Below, one piece after another: positions 30,223-39,171 of a stretch of DNA of 64,000 nucleotides (positions are counted from its first letter, which is position 1; each line of letters starts with the position of its first letter). Under the pieces are notes generated by a model, which saw only the letters and a list, made by a program, of their open reading frames with translations, searched no databases and was not told the DNA's origin. This DNA comes from a virus. Both the position numbers and the translations under genes were made by a program. The stretch spans positions 32,001-96,000 of the IMG/VR virus record IMGVR_UViG_3300031857_000018. One strand, given 5' to 3'.

Positions 30223-33200
30223 TCAGTTGTGTGAAATCTGGCTGAATCCGTTTAGTTTGTTTACTTCGATTAAGTTGTCGACCATATCTCGCATTGAATC
30301 GACGTGTGAAATGATTATGGAGAAATCAAATTTAATTCTGAAATAATCAAATAGATTAACTACTGCAGAAATATGTTCTGTGTCTAAACTTCCCCAACCT
30401 TCATCAATTGCAATAAAATTAGGACGTGGTAGTGCTGATACATTGATAAGTGCTATGCGAATTGCAAGTGATGAAATAAATCGTTCCATACCGCTTGTTA
30501 ATTCCAATGGCCAGAAATTATCTTCATCATAAATAATATACCCGTTGATATTCTTACCGTCGCTCTGAAGCACCATGTTAAAATCAACTACCTGATTCAG
30601 CACATTGTTAATTTCTGCTTCAATCTTTGGCATTGCTTTTGCAATTAACTCGTATGGAACCCCATCACGTTTAACTGATTCTAGATAATATTCGTATGCT
30701 TTGTATTCAGTCTCTAGTTGTTTGTATGTGTCTAATGACTCAATTGCTGTTTTCTTTGTGGTCTTAGCAACTTCAATTTTACCATGTTTACTACGAATTG
30801 TGTCTGTAATTGTTTTTATTTTAATCGTAGCTGAATCAATTGATGTTTTTAACTTGTTAATTTTTTCATCAATTAGTTCATTATGTGTTATTGCAGTGGC
30901 ATTAGCTTTAAATGATTCTTGACGTTCTAAACATGTTTCTAATTCTGATTCTCGAGTTTGTAATTCGCCTTCAATGATTTGAATTTGCAATTCTTGTTTT
31001 TCAATTGCTAAACGCTTTGTTTCATGTTTTTGTTTTAATATTGCTAATGCATTGGCATCTGTTCTAACATCTGAATATGTTGAAATTGTTGTTTTTAATT
31101 GTAATTGGGTCGCAGATAATTCAGTTAATATGTCTCTATCTGCAATAATCGTATTTTGTGCTTCAATTGCATTTTGTACGAAAACGTTAGATACACAGTA
31201 TTTACAGTTCGGATCATATTCATGGTCGGAAAGGTGATTAATTTTTTCTTGTTTTGCATTGATAATTCCTTGTTGTTTTTTAATACTCGAATCTATCTGT
31301 GCTAATTCCTTTTCGAGTTTTTCTAATTGTTGAAGTTTATCTGATAAGTCCGTTTCATTGTACTTGCGCTTATCTTTTTTAATGATTAAGTATTCACTTG
31401 TTAGTGTTTCTAAAGTCGTTTCTTCGGTTTCAATATCAGCTTGTAATTGTGATATTTTTTTAGTTAACTCAGTTTCAATTTTAGTTAATTCATTAATATT
31501 AGGCCCTGTATATGTTGTTGGCTGTTTTGTTTGAATTAAGTCTACAATCTCATTTTGATAATCATTGCGCTTTTCTTGCAATTCATCTTCTTGAGTTTCT
31601 AATGAAGTTATATCTTGTTGATTGTTTGAAATAATAGTATCTGCATCATTGATAATAACATCAAAATCTGTTTTCTTATATGATTTTAACTTACCAGCAG
31701 TCTCTTTAATTTCATCGGATGCTAACTGATAAAGCTGTTCGAATACCGTAATATCTAAAAACTGTGAAAGAAGATCTTTGCGTTCTCTTTGTGACTTTTC
31801 AATGAAGTTATTGTTGTCTGCCTGCAGTGAAAATGCAGTTAAAATGAAATCATCATAAGTTCCTAAATAACGGCGGATCGATTTGTTTGTGTCACTACGT
31901 TCTTCACCATTTAGGTTTTCTGTGTCAGTATAAAAATCTACTAGCACTTTAACGTGACCATTCTTCTGCTTGATTCCATTGCGTTCAATAGTGTAAGTAA
32001 CGCCGTTCATTTCAAATGTAAACTTTCCGCGGAATGAAGCCTTTTTATTGTTCAACACTTCATGTGCTTTGCCTGTTTTGCTGCACTTATCAAATATAGT
32101 GTATGTAATTGCATCAAGCAATGATGACTTACCAGATGTGTTTGCAGCAAACAACCCGCACACATCTTTCATGTTTTCAAAGTTAATAACATTGCCTTCT
32201 CCGTAAGAAAACATGTTATCAAATTCAAATTGAATTGGGTGCCAGGTCATGTGTCGTACTGACTCTACTGCAGGAAGTTTTGAGTTTATTGTGCGATTGA
32301 TATGACGAATTGCATCAGTTTCGTCTGCAGTAGCTTGTGGATAGTTCACGGAAATAAAATCTGTGATCAATGTATTTTGATATTCAACATCTCGTACATT
32401 TCCTATAGTAAACGATGATGTGGCGTTAGTGTTTGATATAGCTGCACTTCGTTGGATTGTGATATCTTGCACATCATATTTCTTGCGAATAGTAGCAATA
32501 AGTTTTTTCATGTCCGCTGCTGAGGTATCATTAAACTTGATACGAACTCTAGGTTTATTTGGCATACGATGTGGTGCTTTCACAATAGTAACACCTTCAA
32601 CTTCCAAAGTTACATATCCATAATCATTTTGTATTTCCACAAACTTTGCTTCACGACACGGCAAGTCCCACACCAAGATACCATGGTCTAATGCTTCACC
32701 GTGATTTTGTTGAATCAGTGATCCTGGGTATGCAATTGTCTTTGCGTCATTTAAGAACTGGGCTGGTTTATGAATATCGCCCAACAATGTAATATCATGT
32801 CCATCAAACAAATCAACACCTACATGCTCATTTGATATTTGATATCCAATATCTGTTTTTGCAGTGTTCACAGCACCATGGTGCATTGCAATTTTATATG
32901 CAGCATCGAATTGATTAGCACGAATATATTCGGTTGGTGCAACATCGACAGCCATATGATTAAACACAACTCCACCAATTTCAAACAAGCCGTTTTCTTT
33001 GATGAATATGATGTTTGGATTCTTAATAACATTGATAACCGGACTAATTGCGTCTGTGCGGTGCATGTTGTTCAGATTCATATCATGGTTACCAAGTATT
33101 ACTACGGTTGGAATCATGAAGCCATCAAAAAATTCAACCAGCATATCAACTAACTCCGGAGACATATCTAGTTTGCTATGCACGATGTCACCTGTTACTA

Positions 33201-33363
33201 CAGCAATACTTTCGCCGGTGCAATGTTGTGCGATATAATCAAACATGTTGCGAAACACTTCACGATATTCTCGGTGTCGTTTCAATGTACGAATATGCAC
33301 ATCTGAAATGTGAAATATTTTGTTGATTACAGTTTGTCCTGTGTCAATATGTTTTATGTCCAT
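30223..33363 (-). CDS. fused SbcD-SbcC (Mre11-Rad50; gp47-gp46) recombination nuclease
   Basis: SDVH, GDIVH, GNHD, GDIH, YPGS phosphoesterase motifs, then ANTSGKSS Walker A, CKYC hook, SGME signature, IDEG, ISH. Confidence 0.9.
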   Translation of the reverse strand: MDIKHIDTGQTVINKIFHISDVHIRTLKRHREYREVFRNMFDYIAQHCTGESIAVVTGDIVHSKLDMSPELVDMLVEFFDGFMIPTVVILGNHDMNLNNMHRTDAISPVINVIKNPNIIFIKENGLFEIGGVVFNHMAVDVAPTEYIRANQFDAAYKIAMHHGAVNTAKTDIGYQISNEHVGVDLFDGHDITLLGDIHKPAQFLNDAKTIAYPGSLIQQNHGEALDHGILVWDLPCREAKFVEIQNDYGYVTLEVEGVTIVKAPHRMPNKPRVRIKFNDTSAADMKKLIATIRKKYDVQDITIQRSAAISNTNATSSFTIGNVRDVEYQNTLITDFISVNYPQATADETDAIRHINRTINSKLPAVESVRHMTWHPIQFEFDNMFSYGEGNVINFENMKDVCGLFAANTSGKSSLLDAITYTIFDKCSKTGKAHEVLNNKKASFRGKFTFEMNGVTYTIERNGIKQKNGHVKVLVDFYTDTENLNGEERSDTNKSIRRYLGTYDDFILTAFSLQADNNNFIEKSQRERKDLLSQFLDITVFEQLYQLASDEIKETAGKLKSYKKTDFDVIINDADTIISNNQQDITSLETQEDELQEKRNDYQNEIVDLIQTKQPTTYTGPNINELTKIETELTKKISQLQADIETEETTLETLTSEYLIIKKDKRKYNETDLSDKLQQLEKLEKELAQIDSSIKKQQGIINAKQEKINHLSDHEYDPNCKYCVSNVFVQNAIEAQNTIIADRDILTELSATQLQLKTTISTYSDVRTDANALAILKQKHETKRLAIEKQELQIQIIEGELQTRESELETCLERQESFKANATAITHNELIDEKINKLKTSIDSATIKIKTITDTIRSKHGKIEVAKTTKKTAIESLDTYKQLETEYKAYEYYLESVKRDGVPYELIAKAMPKIEAEINNVLNQVVDFNMVLQSDGKNINGYIIYDEDNFWPLELTSGMERFISSLAIRIALINVSALPRPNFIAIDEGWGSLDTEHISAVVNLFDYFRIKFDFSIIISHVDSMRDMVDNLIEVNKLNGFSQISHN

Positions 33364-34298
33364 ATCATTCCCATTTTAAGTTGCATTAACCGTTCAAAAG
33401 TTAATACATCGGTATCTTGTATAATTTCGTTGATTCGTTGAAAGCCTAGTTCTGCGGCATCTTTATCTCGCAGTTCTATAAAGTACACATTTAAGCCTTC
33501 TGACATAAATCGCTCTGCAATTTGAATTGCATTTTTCAATGCATCAGCATCCAAACAAATATAAATGTCTCGTACTCGTTCTTGTATGATTTTCTTTTGT
33601 AGTGCAGGTTGAATGATTTTTCCGAACAACGGAATTGCATTGCGTTTAATTGCGATTGCATCAAAACTTCCTTCACAAAGTATGATTGGTTGTGACCAAT
33701 TTATAAAAAGGTCAAACCCAATAATGTCTTTTGAAATTTTTGGATTCTTGTGTTTTTGTGTGTCTGATTTATAATATGCTCTAGACACAAAATAATTCAA
33801 TTGACCCATGGCATCATAGCTAGGAATAATTATTTTGCCGGAATACTCTCCAGACTCGCAAAATCCAATTCGATACTTGATGATATCAAATATAGTTACT
33901 CCGCGCTTTTTTAAATAATGCACGGCATTACGATAATCCGGAGATGTTTTAGGAATCCAAAGTGGTTTGTACTCAGCCGGCAATTGTATTGTTTCTACTT
34001 TTGTTGGAGCATCATTGTTTACACGATATCGAGATGATTCGATAATACGTGATAATTGTTCAAAACGTTCTTTAGGTAGATTGAGTTGTTTGAACAAAGT
34101 AACAATGCTACGACCTTTTTTATCAGATATCCAACAATGCCAAGCATTCTCACCGTTTGAATTAGTGTGAATATCAATTTCTAATTTTGGCTTGTAGTGA
34201 GAAACAAAAGGAGAGAAGAATGCAATGTTATTACCAGACGTAGGTTTACCTTTACCTAGTACTGATTCTAATAACTGTAATAACTTAATATTCTTCAT
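33354..34298 (-). CDS. DNA primase (DnaG/TOPRIM type)
   Basis: YL..RG, IIIP, CEG.FDA, LD.DA, KDA; degenerate N-terminal Zn-binding region. Confidence 0.85.
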   Translation of the reverse strand: MKNIKLLQLLESVLGKGKPTSGNNIAFFSPFVSHYKPKLEIDIHTNSNGENAWHCWISDKKGRSIVTLFKQLNLPKERFEQLSRIIESSRYRVNNDAPTKVETIQLPAEYKPLWIPKTSPDYRNAVHYLKKRGVTIFDIIKYRIGFCESGEYSGKIIIPSYDAMGQLNYFVSRAYYKSDTQKHKNPKISKDIIGFDLFINWSQPIILCEGSFDAIAIKRNAIPLFGKIIQPALQKKIIQERVRDIYICLDADALKNAIQIAERFMSEGLNVYFIELRDKDAAELGFQRINEIIQDTDVLTFERLMQLKMGMIWT

Positions 34299-34304
34299 TA
34301 ATAT

Positions 34305-34334
34305 AATATAAGTAATATACTGTACTAATCCAAT
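34305..34334 (-). promoter_or_regulatory. class-2 promoter ATTGG-N17-CTTATATT upstream of primase
   Basis: Bipartite motif with 17-nt spacer. Confidence 0.55.
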
Positions 34335-34486
34335 AAATTATATTAATATAATAATAAATAATATTAGTTAGACACATACATTACATTTCTGGCCTAACGA
34401 TCGATTCAATACTGAATCAATCTATTAATTAATATGAATCATTAATTATCATAGAATGTATTAAAAATTTTTCACAAAACAAACCT

Positions 34487-34969
34487 TTATCCAAAAAAAG
34501 TTTTAATTGTCTTTGGTTCTTCGCCAGTCTTCAAACATTCCGTGAGCCAATCTGCGGGAATATCTTTCTTTGCAACATGTTTAATACCCAGCTTTAATGC
34601 ATAAGCTTCATATGTAGTTTTGCTACCTTTTGATATTTTTTGTTGGGGTGATTGGAATACCATACGAATATCTACACCGGGATTCGATGCTAGCACATGT
34701 TTCATTTTAAGACGATCGGCACTAGTCCATCGGCCTTTAGTTTCAATGTACATTAATTCACCATTCTTTTTAGTAAACACAAAATCTGGAGTGTATTTTG
34801 CTTTACGTTCTGGTACTATATAATTTAGTATTTCAGTTTCATAATTCAAAGGATATTCAGTAGTTTTTATTTGATCTGCTACTGTGTGTTCTAATCCTGA
34901 TTTATAACCGTATTTTAGCGCTGCAGCTCTTTTTGAGTTGCCAGAGCTATGATAATGATTTTTTGCCAT
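34487..34969 (-). CDS. T7 endonuclease I-like Holliday junction resolvase
   Basis: YKSGLE, YTPDF, IETKG.W...DR.K, DIR.VF. Confidence 0.9.
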   Translation of the reverse strand: MAKNHYHSSGNSKRAAALKYGYKSGLEHTVADQIKTTEYPLNYETEILNYIVPERKAKYTPDFVFTKKNGELMYIETKGRWTSADRLKMKHVLASNPGVDIRMVFQSPQQKISKGSKTTYEAYALKLGIKHVAKKDIPADWLTECLKTGEEPKTIKTFFG

Positions 34970-34982
34970 AACCTATTTCTTT

Positions 34983-35519
34983 TTACCAATCGACTAATAC
35001 CATGTTTCCGTCCCACATCATAACGTTGTCAGAACGAAAATCTAAATCTAAATCGAATTCTGGAATTTGAAGTTTATCTATATCTGTTTTTAATGTGTTT
35101 AAAAAATTATCAATTATCGGATTAATACTTCCAGCATCAGGTAAAAAATCAAATATTGAAACTTCGCCTCCTTCATCCCGAGCAAATGAAGCAAAGTCTT
35201 GCATAAATAAATCAATTTCTTTTTTTAACCGAGTTGGTAGTTCCGAAGCATTTGCCATTATGTACATGTTTTTACCATCAACATAATATACCGGTATAAA
35301 TGTAGTAAACTCATTGTATCTATCAACGATAATACTTGCTACTTCATATTCATCACGTTCTTTAGTAATCTTAAAAACTTTATCTTCTCTATCAATTTCA
35401 TAAACGCGACCGTTATCACCAGCACCAATTAAACGGAATTGTTTTTGTTGTATTTTGTCTAAACATTTCTGAATATCTGAATTTGATATTTCTTTTAAAA
35501 GTTGTTTTAATCGTATCAT
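34983..35519 (-). CDS. small protein-kinase-like protein
   Basis: IGAGDNGRVY Gly loop, VFKIT Lys, DFRSDNVM catalytic loop, LVDW. Confidence 0.65.
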   Translation of the reverse strand: MIRLKQLLKEISNSDIQKCLDKIQQKQFRLIGAGDNGRVYEIDREDKVFKITKERDEYEVASIIVDRYNEFTTFIPVYYVDGKNMYIMANASELPTRLKKEIDLFMQDFASFARDEGGEVSIFDFLPDAGSINPIIDNFLNTLKTDIDKLQIPEFDLDLDFRSDNVMMWDGNMVLVDW

Positions 35520-35521
35520 GA

Positions 35522-37087
35522 TTACCTAGGAATTACATTGTTATTTAAGTCCATACGAACTAAGAAATTTAAATCTACATTTGCTGGTTTTTTAATTGGT
35601 TGTGCTAATTTTCCAATTGCTAACAATTGCCCTGCATCATCATACAATCCTATAGTTGTTATATACGGAGTAAATGTACTACTAGTAACAAATGAATGGT
35701 ATGTAATATCATTATCCGCCGTAAGAGTTGGATTCAATGACATATTAAAATCACCAGCATCTAATTTAACAATAACACCTAATTCATAAATTGTAACCGT
35801 GCTTTTATACTGAAAGGAAATAAAATCATTAACGGTATTATGAAATCGATAATCTGGAGTTGATACTATCGCGATTCCTTGTTTTGCAAAAATATTTCCT
35901 ACGTGATTAGTTTGAAGTAGTGTACCAGTTGTTAGATCCGGTGTGGCTAAAGATCCAATTTCTGCAAGAGATAGTGACTTATTAAATATTCTAACTTCAT
36001 CAATAACAGCTGTAAGATTTGATCCAGTAGTAGTATAACCTCCAATATACAATTTATCTGTGTTATCAATACGTGCTGATGCCGATAATGGTGATTGCGT
36101 ATTAATTAGTAATGGACTAGTAGCAGATGATTCTAACGCTCCATTTACATACAATTCAACCGAGCTGCCAGATTTTTGACAAATAAAGTGATTCCAGTTA
36201 GTTGTATTAAAAACAGATGATGTAATTTGTGTTTTAAATGTAGTGCTACCCGCTACAGAAAATACAATCTGATTGCTACCGCTCAATTCAATTCGGAACG
36301 GATATTGTGGAGTTAAACTACTAGATGCTTTTGTTGCAATTAATTGTGTTGCATTAGATGATCCGGAGAACCAAAAAGCAATTGCATAATCATGATCACG
36401 ATCATAAAATCCGTTTAAATCAGATTCAATATAACCAGCACCATCAAATTTAGCAGCTAATCCAACCGGTAAACTTGATATGTCGGCATCAGGTACTCCT
36501 GGTACATATGTTACTCCTGAACATACATATGGTACTCTGCTAGTATCGAAATATTCATTAAATCCTTCATACCACATCACCCCTGTAGCAAATGATGAAG
36601 TATCAATATCCACATTGTATAAATTGCCATATCGATCAGACTGAATGCCGCTACCAACATTATGTTTTATTTCAAATGATTTTGGTTTAACCGATTCTCC
36701 GTATTTTAATTGTGGTATAGAAAATATCGAAGCTGTTTGATACAAGTATTTATGTGTACGATTTAAATCTGTTGGACCTAGTGTGTTATATGGTTGATCT
36801 TTATATTTGTAAAATAACTGATTAACTGAATAATATGTTACAGTTTGCAAACTATCATCAATATTTTTTGCATCATTATATGTTAATTCGGTATCTAGAG
36901 CTGGTAATACATCTGAATATACTCCTTGTAATGGCAAACAACTCGAAGTAGCACTACCGGAGCCTATCACCCATTGCTTATAACTTTGGAACGGTGTTAA
37001 ACTAACATCAGAACTATTTATCTTTTTGAAAACAGTTGGATACACCCCTTGATATGTGTCAGTATTTGAAATTTTTGTTTCTGCCAT
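35522..37087 (-). CDS. virion structural protein with LamG domain
   Basis: FDG..Y, WNH, LYVNG, IDEVRIFN.SLS; C-terminal YITTIGLY...LLAIGKLAQP. Confidence 0.7.
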   Translation of the reverse strand: MAETKISNTDTYQGVYPTVFKKINSSDVSLTPFQSYKQWVIGSGSATSSCLPLQGVYSDVLPALDTELTYNDAKNIDDSLQTVTYYSVNQLFYKYKDQPYNTLGPTDLNRTHKYLYQTASIFSIPQLKYGESVKPKSFEIKHNVGSGIQSDRYGNLYNVDIDTSSFATGVMWYEGFNEYFDTSRVPYVCSGVTYVPGVPDADISSLPVGLAAKFDGAGYIESDLNGFYDRDHDYAIAFWFSGSSNATQLIATKASSSLTPQYPFRIELSGSNQIVFSVAGSTTFKTQITSSVFNTTNWNHFICQKSGSSVELYVNGALESSATSPLLINTQSPLSASARIDNTDKLYIGGYTTTGSNLTAVIDEVRIFNKSLSLAEIGSLATPDLTTGTLLQTNHVGNIFAKQGIAIVSTPDYRFHNTVNDFISFQYKSTVTIYELGVIVKLDAGDFNMSLNPTLTADNDITYHSFVTSSTFTPYITTIGLYDDAGQLLAIGKLAQPIKKPANVDLNFLVRMDLNNNVIPR

Positions 37088-37093
37088 GCTAGT

Positions 37094-37131
37094 AAAAACC
37101 CTGCTATATTTAATAATAAATATAACAGGGC
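37094..37131 (-). terminator. terminator-like hairpin containing a late-promoter motif
   Basis: CCCTGTTATATTTA..TAAATATAGCAGGG plus TTTTT; ATATTTAT lies in the 5' arm. Confidence 0.6.
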
Positions 37132-37149
37132 TTAAATCAGAGTGTTATT

Positions 37150-38445
37150 TTAGAAATCTAGTTTAACACGTATAAGAGCTTCACGCTGGAATGATTTTAG
37201 CAATGGTTGACTTAATTTTGCAACCGCTAACAATTCTTGACTGTCATTGTATAATCCAACTGTGGTAACATATGTTTTAGGATCACCAACAAATGTAGAT
37301 TGTGCTAATTGACCAACACTACCAGTAACATAAGATGGATTGTTTGAGAAGTTGTATTCTGCATTTTTAATTCGTACAAAATAATGTGTGCTTGTTATTT
37401 TTTCAGAATTTCTTGCTAAAAATCCATATGGGTCAGATGTTTCAGGATCAGTAAATAATGCAGATCCAGAAATAGAACGGAACAATGTAAAGTGATTGTT
37501 ACCTTCAGAACTAGAAGATACATTCGTAGCAAATCCTAATTGTTGATCAAGCATTTTACCATCCAGTACTAATACTCCATGATCTGGATATGCTAATCCA
37601 TAATATACCGGCGATGCTGAATTATGTACTCCTGAATTTATAGAACCGGAGACTATGTTATAGATTTTTCCAGAATCACCAACGGTAGCCGATGCTAATG
37701 AAGAATCGTCAATTAATTTAATAACACGTGTACCGACAGTAACAGACCCAGTTGCATTCGATGTGCGAGTAGCAATTGATACTAATGGCAATTCAAAATT
37801 TCCAGCGTCTAAACGTTCTTTAAGTCGGTTTCTTTTAAAATTCACAATATAGATTGAATCTGTACTACCAGATCCAGCAGTTGTAAATCTTGAATCGTTA
37901 GGCTTTAATAAAAGCTGACGGTATTGTGAATATACTGCTTTTGATGGAGAGTCACTCAATGTACCTTGTGAATCAGAACCACTACCCAACGCATTACCAT
38001 ATGCTAATGAAAATTGCGTCGCAGCGCCTTCATTTGTAGAATCTTCTTGATACACATCAACATAATATCGGCGCTGAGATGTTGTTTGTGCAGATCCGGA
38101 TGCGTATGTAGTTAAACTAGCAATACCATCACTCCAAACACCTGCAGTAACTACTTCAGTTTGATTTGATATAACATCATTTAATTGGTCAAACTTTGTA
38201 AATACACGACCATTTCTTGCTAACACGGAAATTTGTTGCTGATTGGCAATTATTTCATTTGCTAATTGTTGAGCTAATTGTTGTACTTGCTCATTAATTG
38301 CGGTTGTATTAGTTTGGGCAGCACCATCTCTAACAGCTATATTATTTGCCGCTTGACTAACATTGATGGGAGATACATTTCCACGCCCCGTAGGAACCCC
38401 GCCGTGTTTGTCTTGTAGTTTTAAATATTTAATAAAATTGTTCAT
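37150..38445 (-). CDS. virion structural protein (tail/baseplate)
   Basis: C-terminal YVTTVGLYND..ELLAVAKLSQP shared with 35522..37087. Confidence 0.65.
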   Translation of the reverse strand: MNNFIKYLKLQDKHGGVPTGRGNVSPINVSQAANNIAVRDGAAQTNTTAINEQVQQLAQQLANEIIANQQQISVLARNGRVFTKFDQLNDVISNQTEVVTAGVWSDGIASLTTYASGSAQTTSQRRYYVDVYQEDSTNEGAATQFSLAYGNALGSGSDSQGTLSDSPSKAVYSQYRQLLLKPNDSRFTTAGSGSTDSIYIVNFKRNRLKERLDAGNFELPLVSIATRTSNATGSVTVGTRVIKLIDDSSLASATVGDSGKIYNIVSGSINSGVHNSASPVYYGLAYPDHGVLVLDGKMLDQQLGFATNVSSSSEGNNHFTLFRSISGSALFTDPETSDPYGFLARNSEKITSTHYFVRIKNAEYNFSNNPSYVTGSVGQLAQSTFVGDPKTYVTTVGLYNDSQELLAVAKLSQPLLKSFQREALIRVKLDF

Positions 38446-38460
38446 ATGTTATTTCTTTTA

Positions 38461-39129
38461 TTAGCTTGAAACTGCCGTTCCGGTTGTTACAGAAGTAACT
38501 TTTTTAACAGTTAAATTAATTGTTACACTACCACCTGTTTCATTACCAACAATAGTAATTGTCGCAGTTTTATCTTCCAAATATTGTGCTTTAGCAATAA
38601 CTCGGAATTCAAATCCTGCAACTGCTACACTTTGTGCATCTTCATTATCACCAATAAAACGAGGTATTGTAGGTAATACGGTATTTTGTAATGCTCTAGT
38701 TACCTGAATATCTGCTACGGTTGAATCAGACAAAATTGCAGTGTAACCTAAATTTGAGTTACCACCCTGCATGTTGCTAGTATTCGGTGTAATTGCTGCT
38801 CCATCTCCTGGTGCTAACAGTGTAATTGCAGTATTTCCAACAGTTACAACTGGTATATTAGTAGTTTGTTTTGGTAATGTAATTAATTTTGAACGCAATG
38901 CTTGTGTCTCATCAGGAATTGCTTCAGTGATTGGCATATTTTCAATAATTACACCGTAATAATTAGTTCCTAATGGATGATTTGGATTCCATAACGAATA
39001 ATCAATTTCATCATCACCTAATGCAAACTGAGTAATTTTAAATGCGTTTCCGCCTTTTGCTAATAATTCTCGGCCTTTAAGAGTTAAAATTGCATCAACT
39101 GTTACAGAACTATTATTTAAGTATCCCAT
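38461..39129 (-). CDS. virion structural protein
   Basis: MGYLNN...VDAILT.KGRELLA....F.IT.FALGDDEIDY, resembling fibre-attachment N-terminal domains. Confidence 0.6.
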   Translation of the reverse strand: MGYLNNSSVTVDAILTLKGRELLAKGGNAFKITQFALGDDEIDYSLWNPNHPLGTNYYGVIIENMPITEAIPDETQALRSKLITLPKQTTNIPVVTVGNTAITLLAPGDGAAITPNTSNMQGGNSNLGYTAILSDSTVADIQVTRALQNTVLPTIPRFIGDNEDAQSVAVAGFEFRVIAKAQYLEDKTATITIVGNETGGSVTINLTVKKVTSVTTGTAVSS

Positions 39130-39171
39130 ATGTTTTATTCCTATTTTATATAAATATGTTATGTTAAAAAA

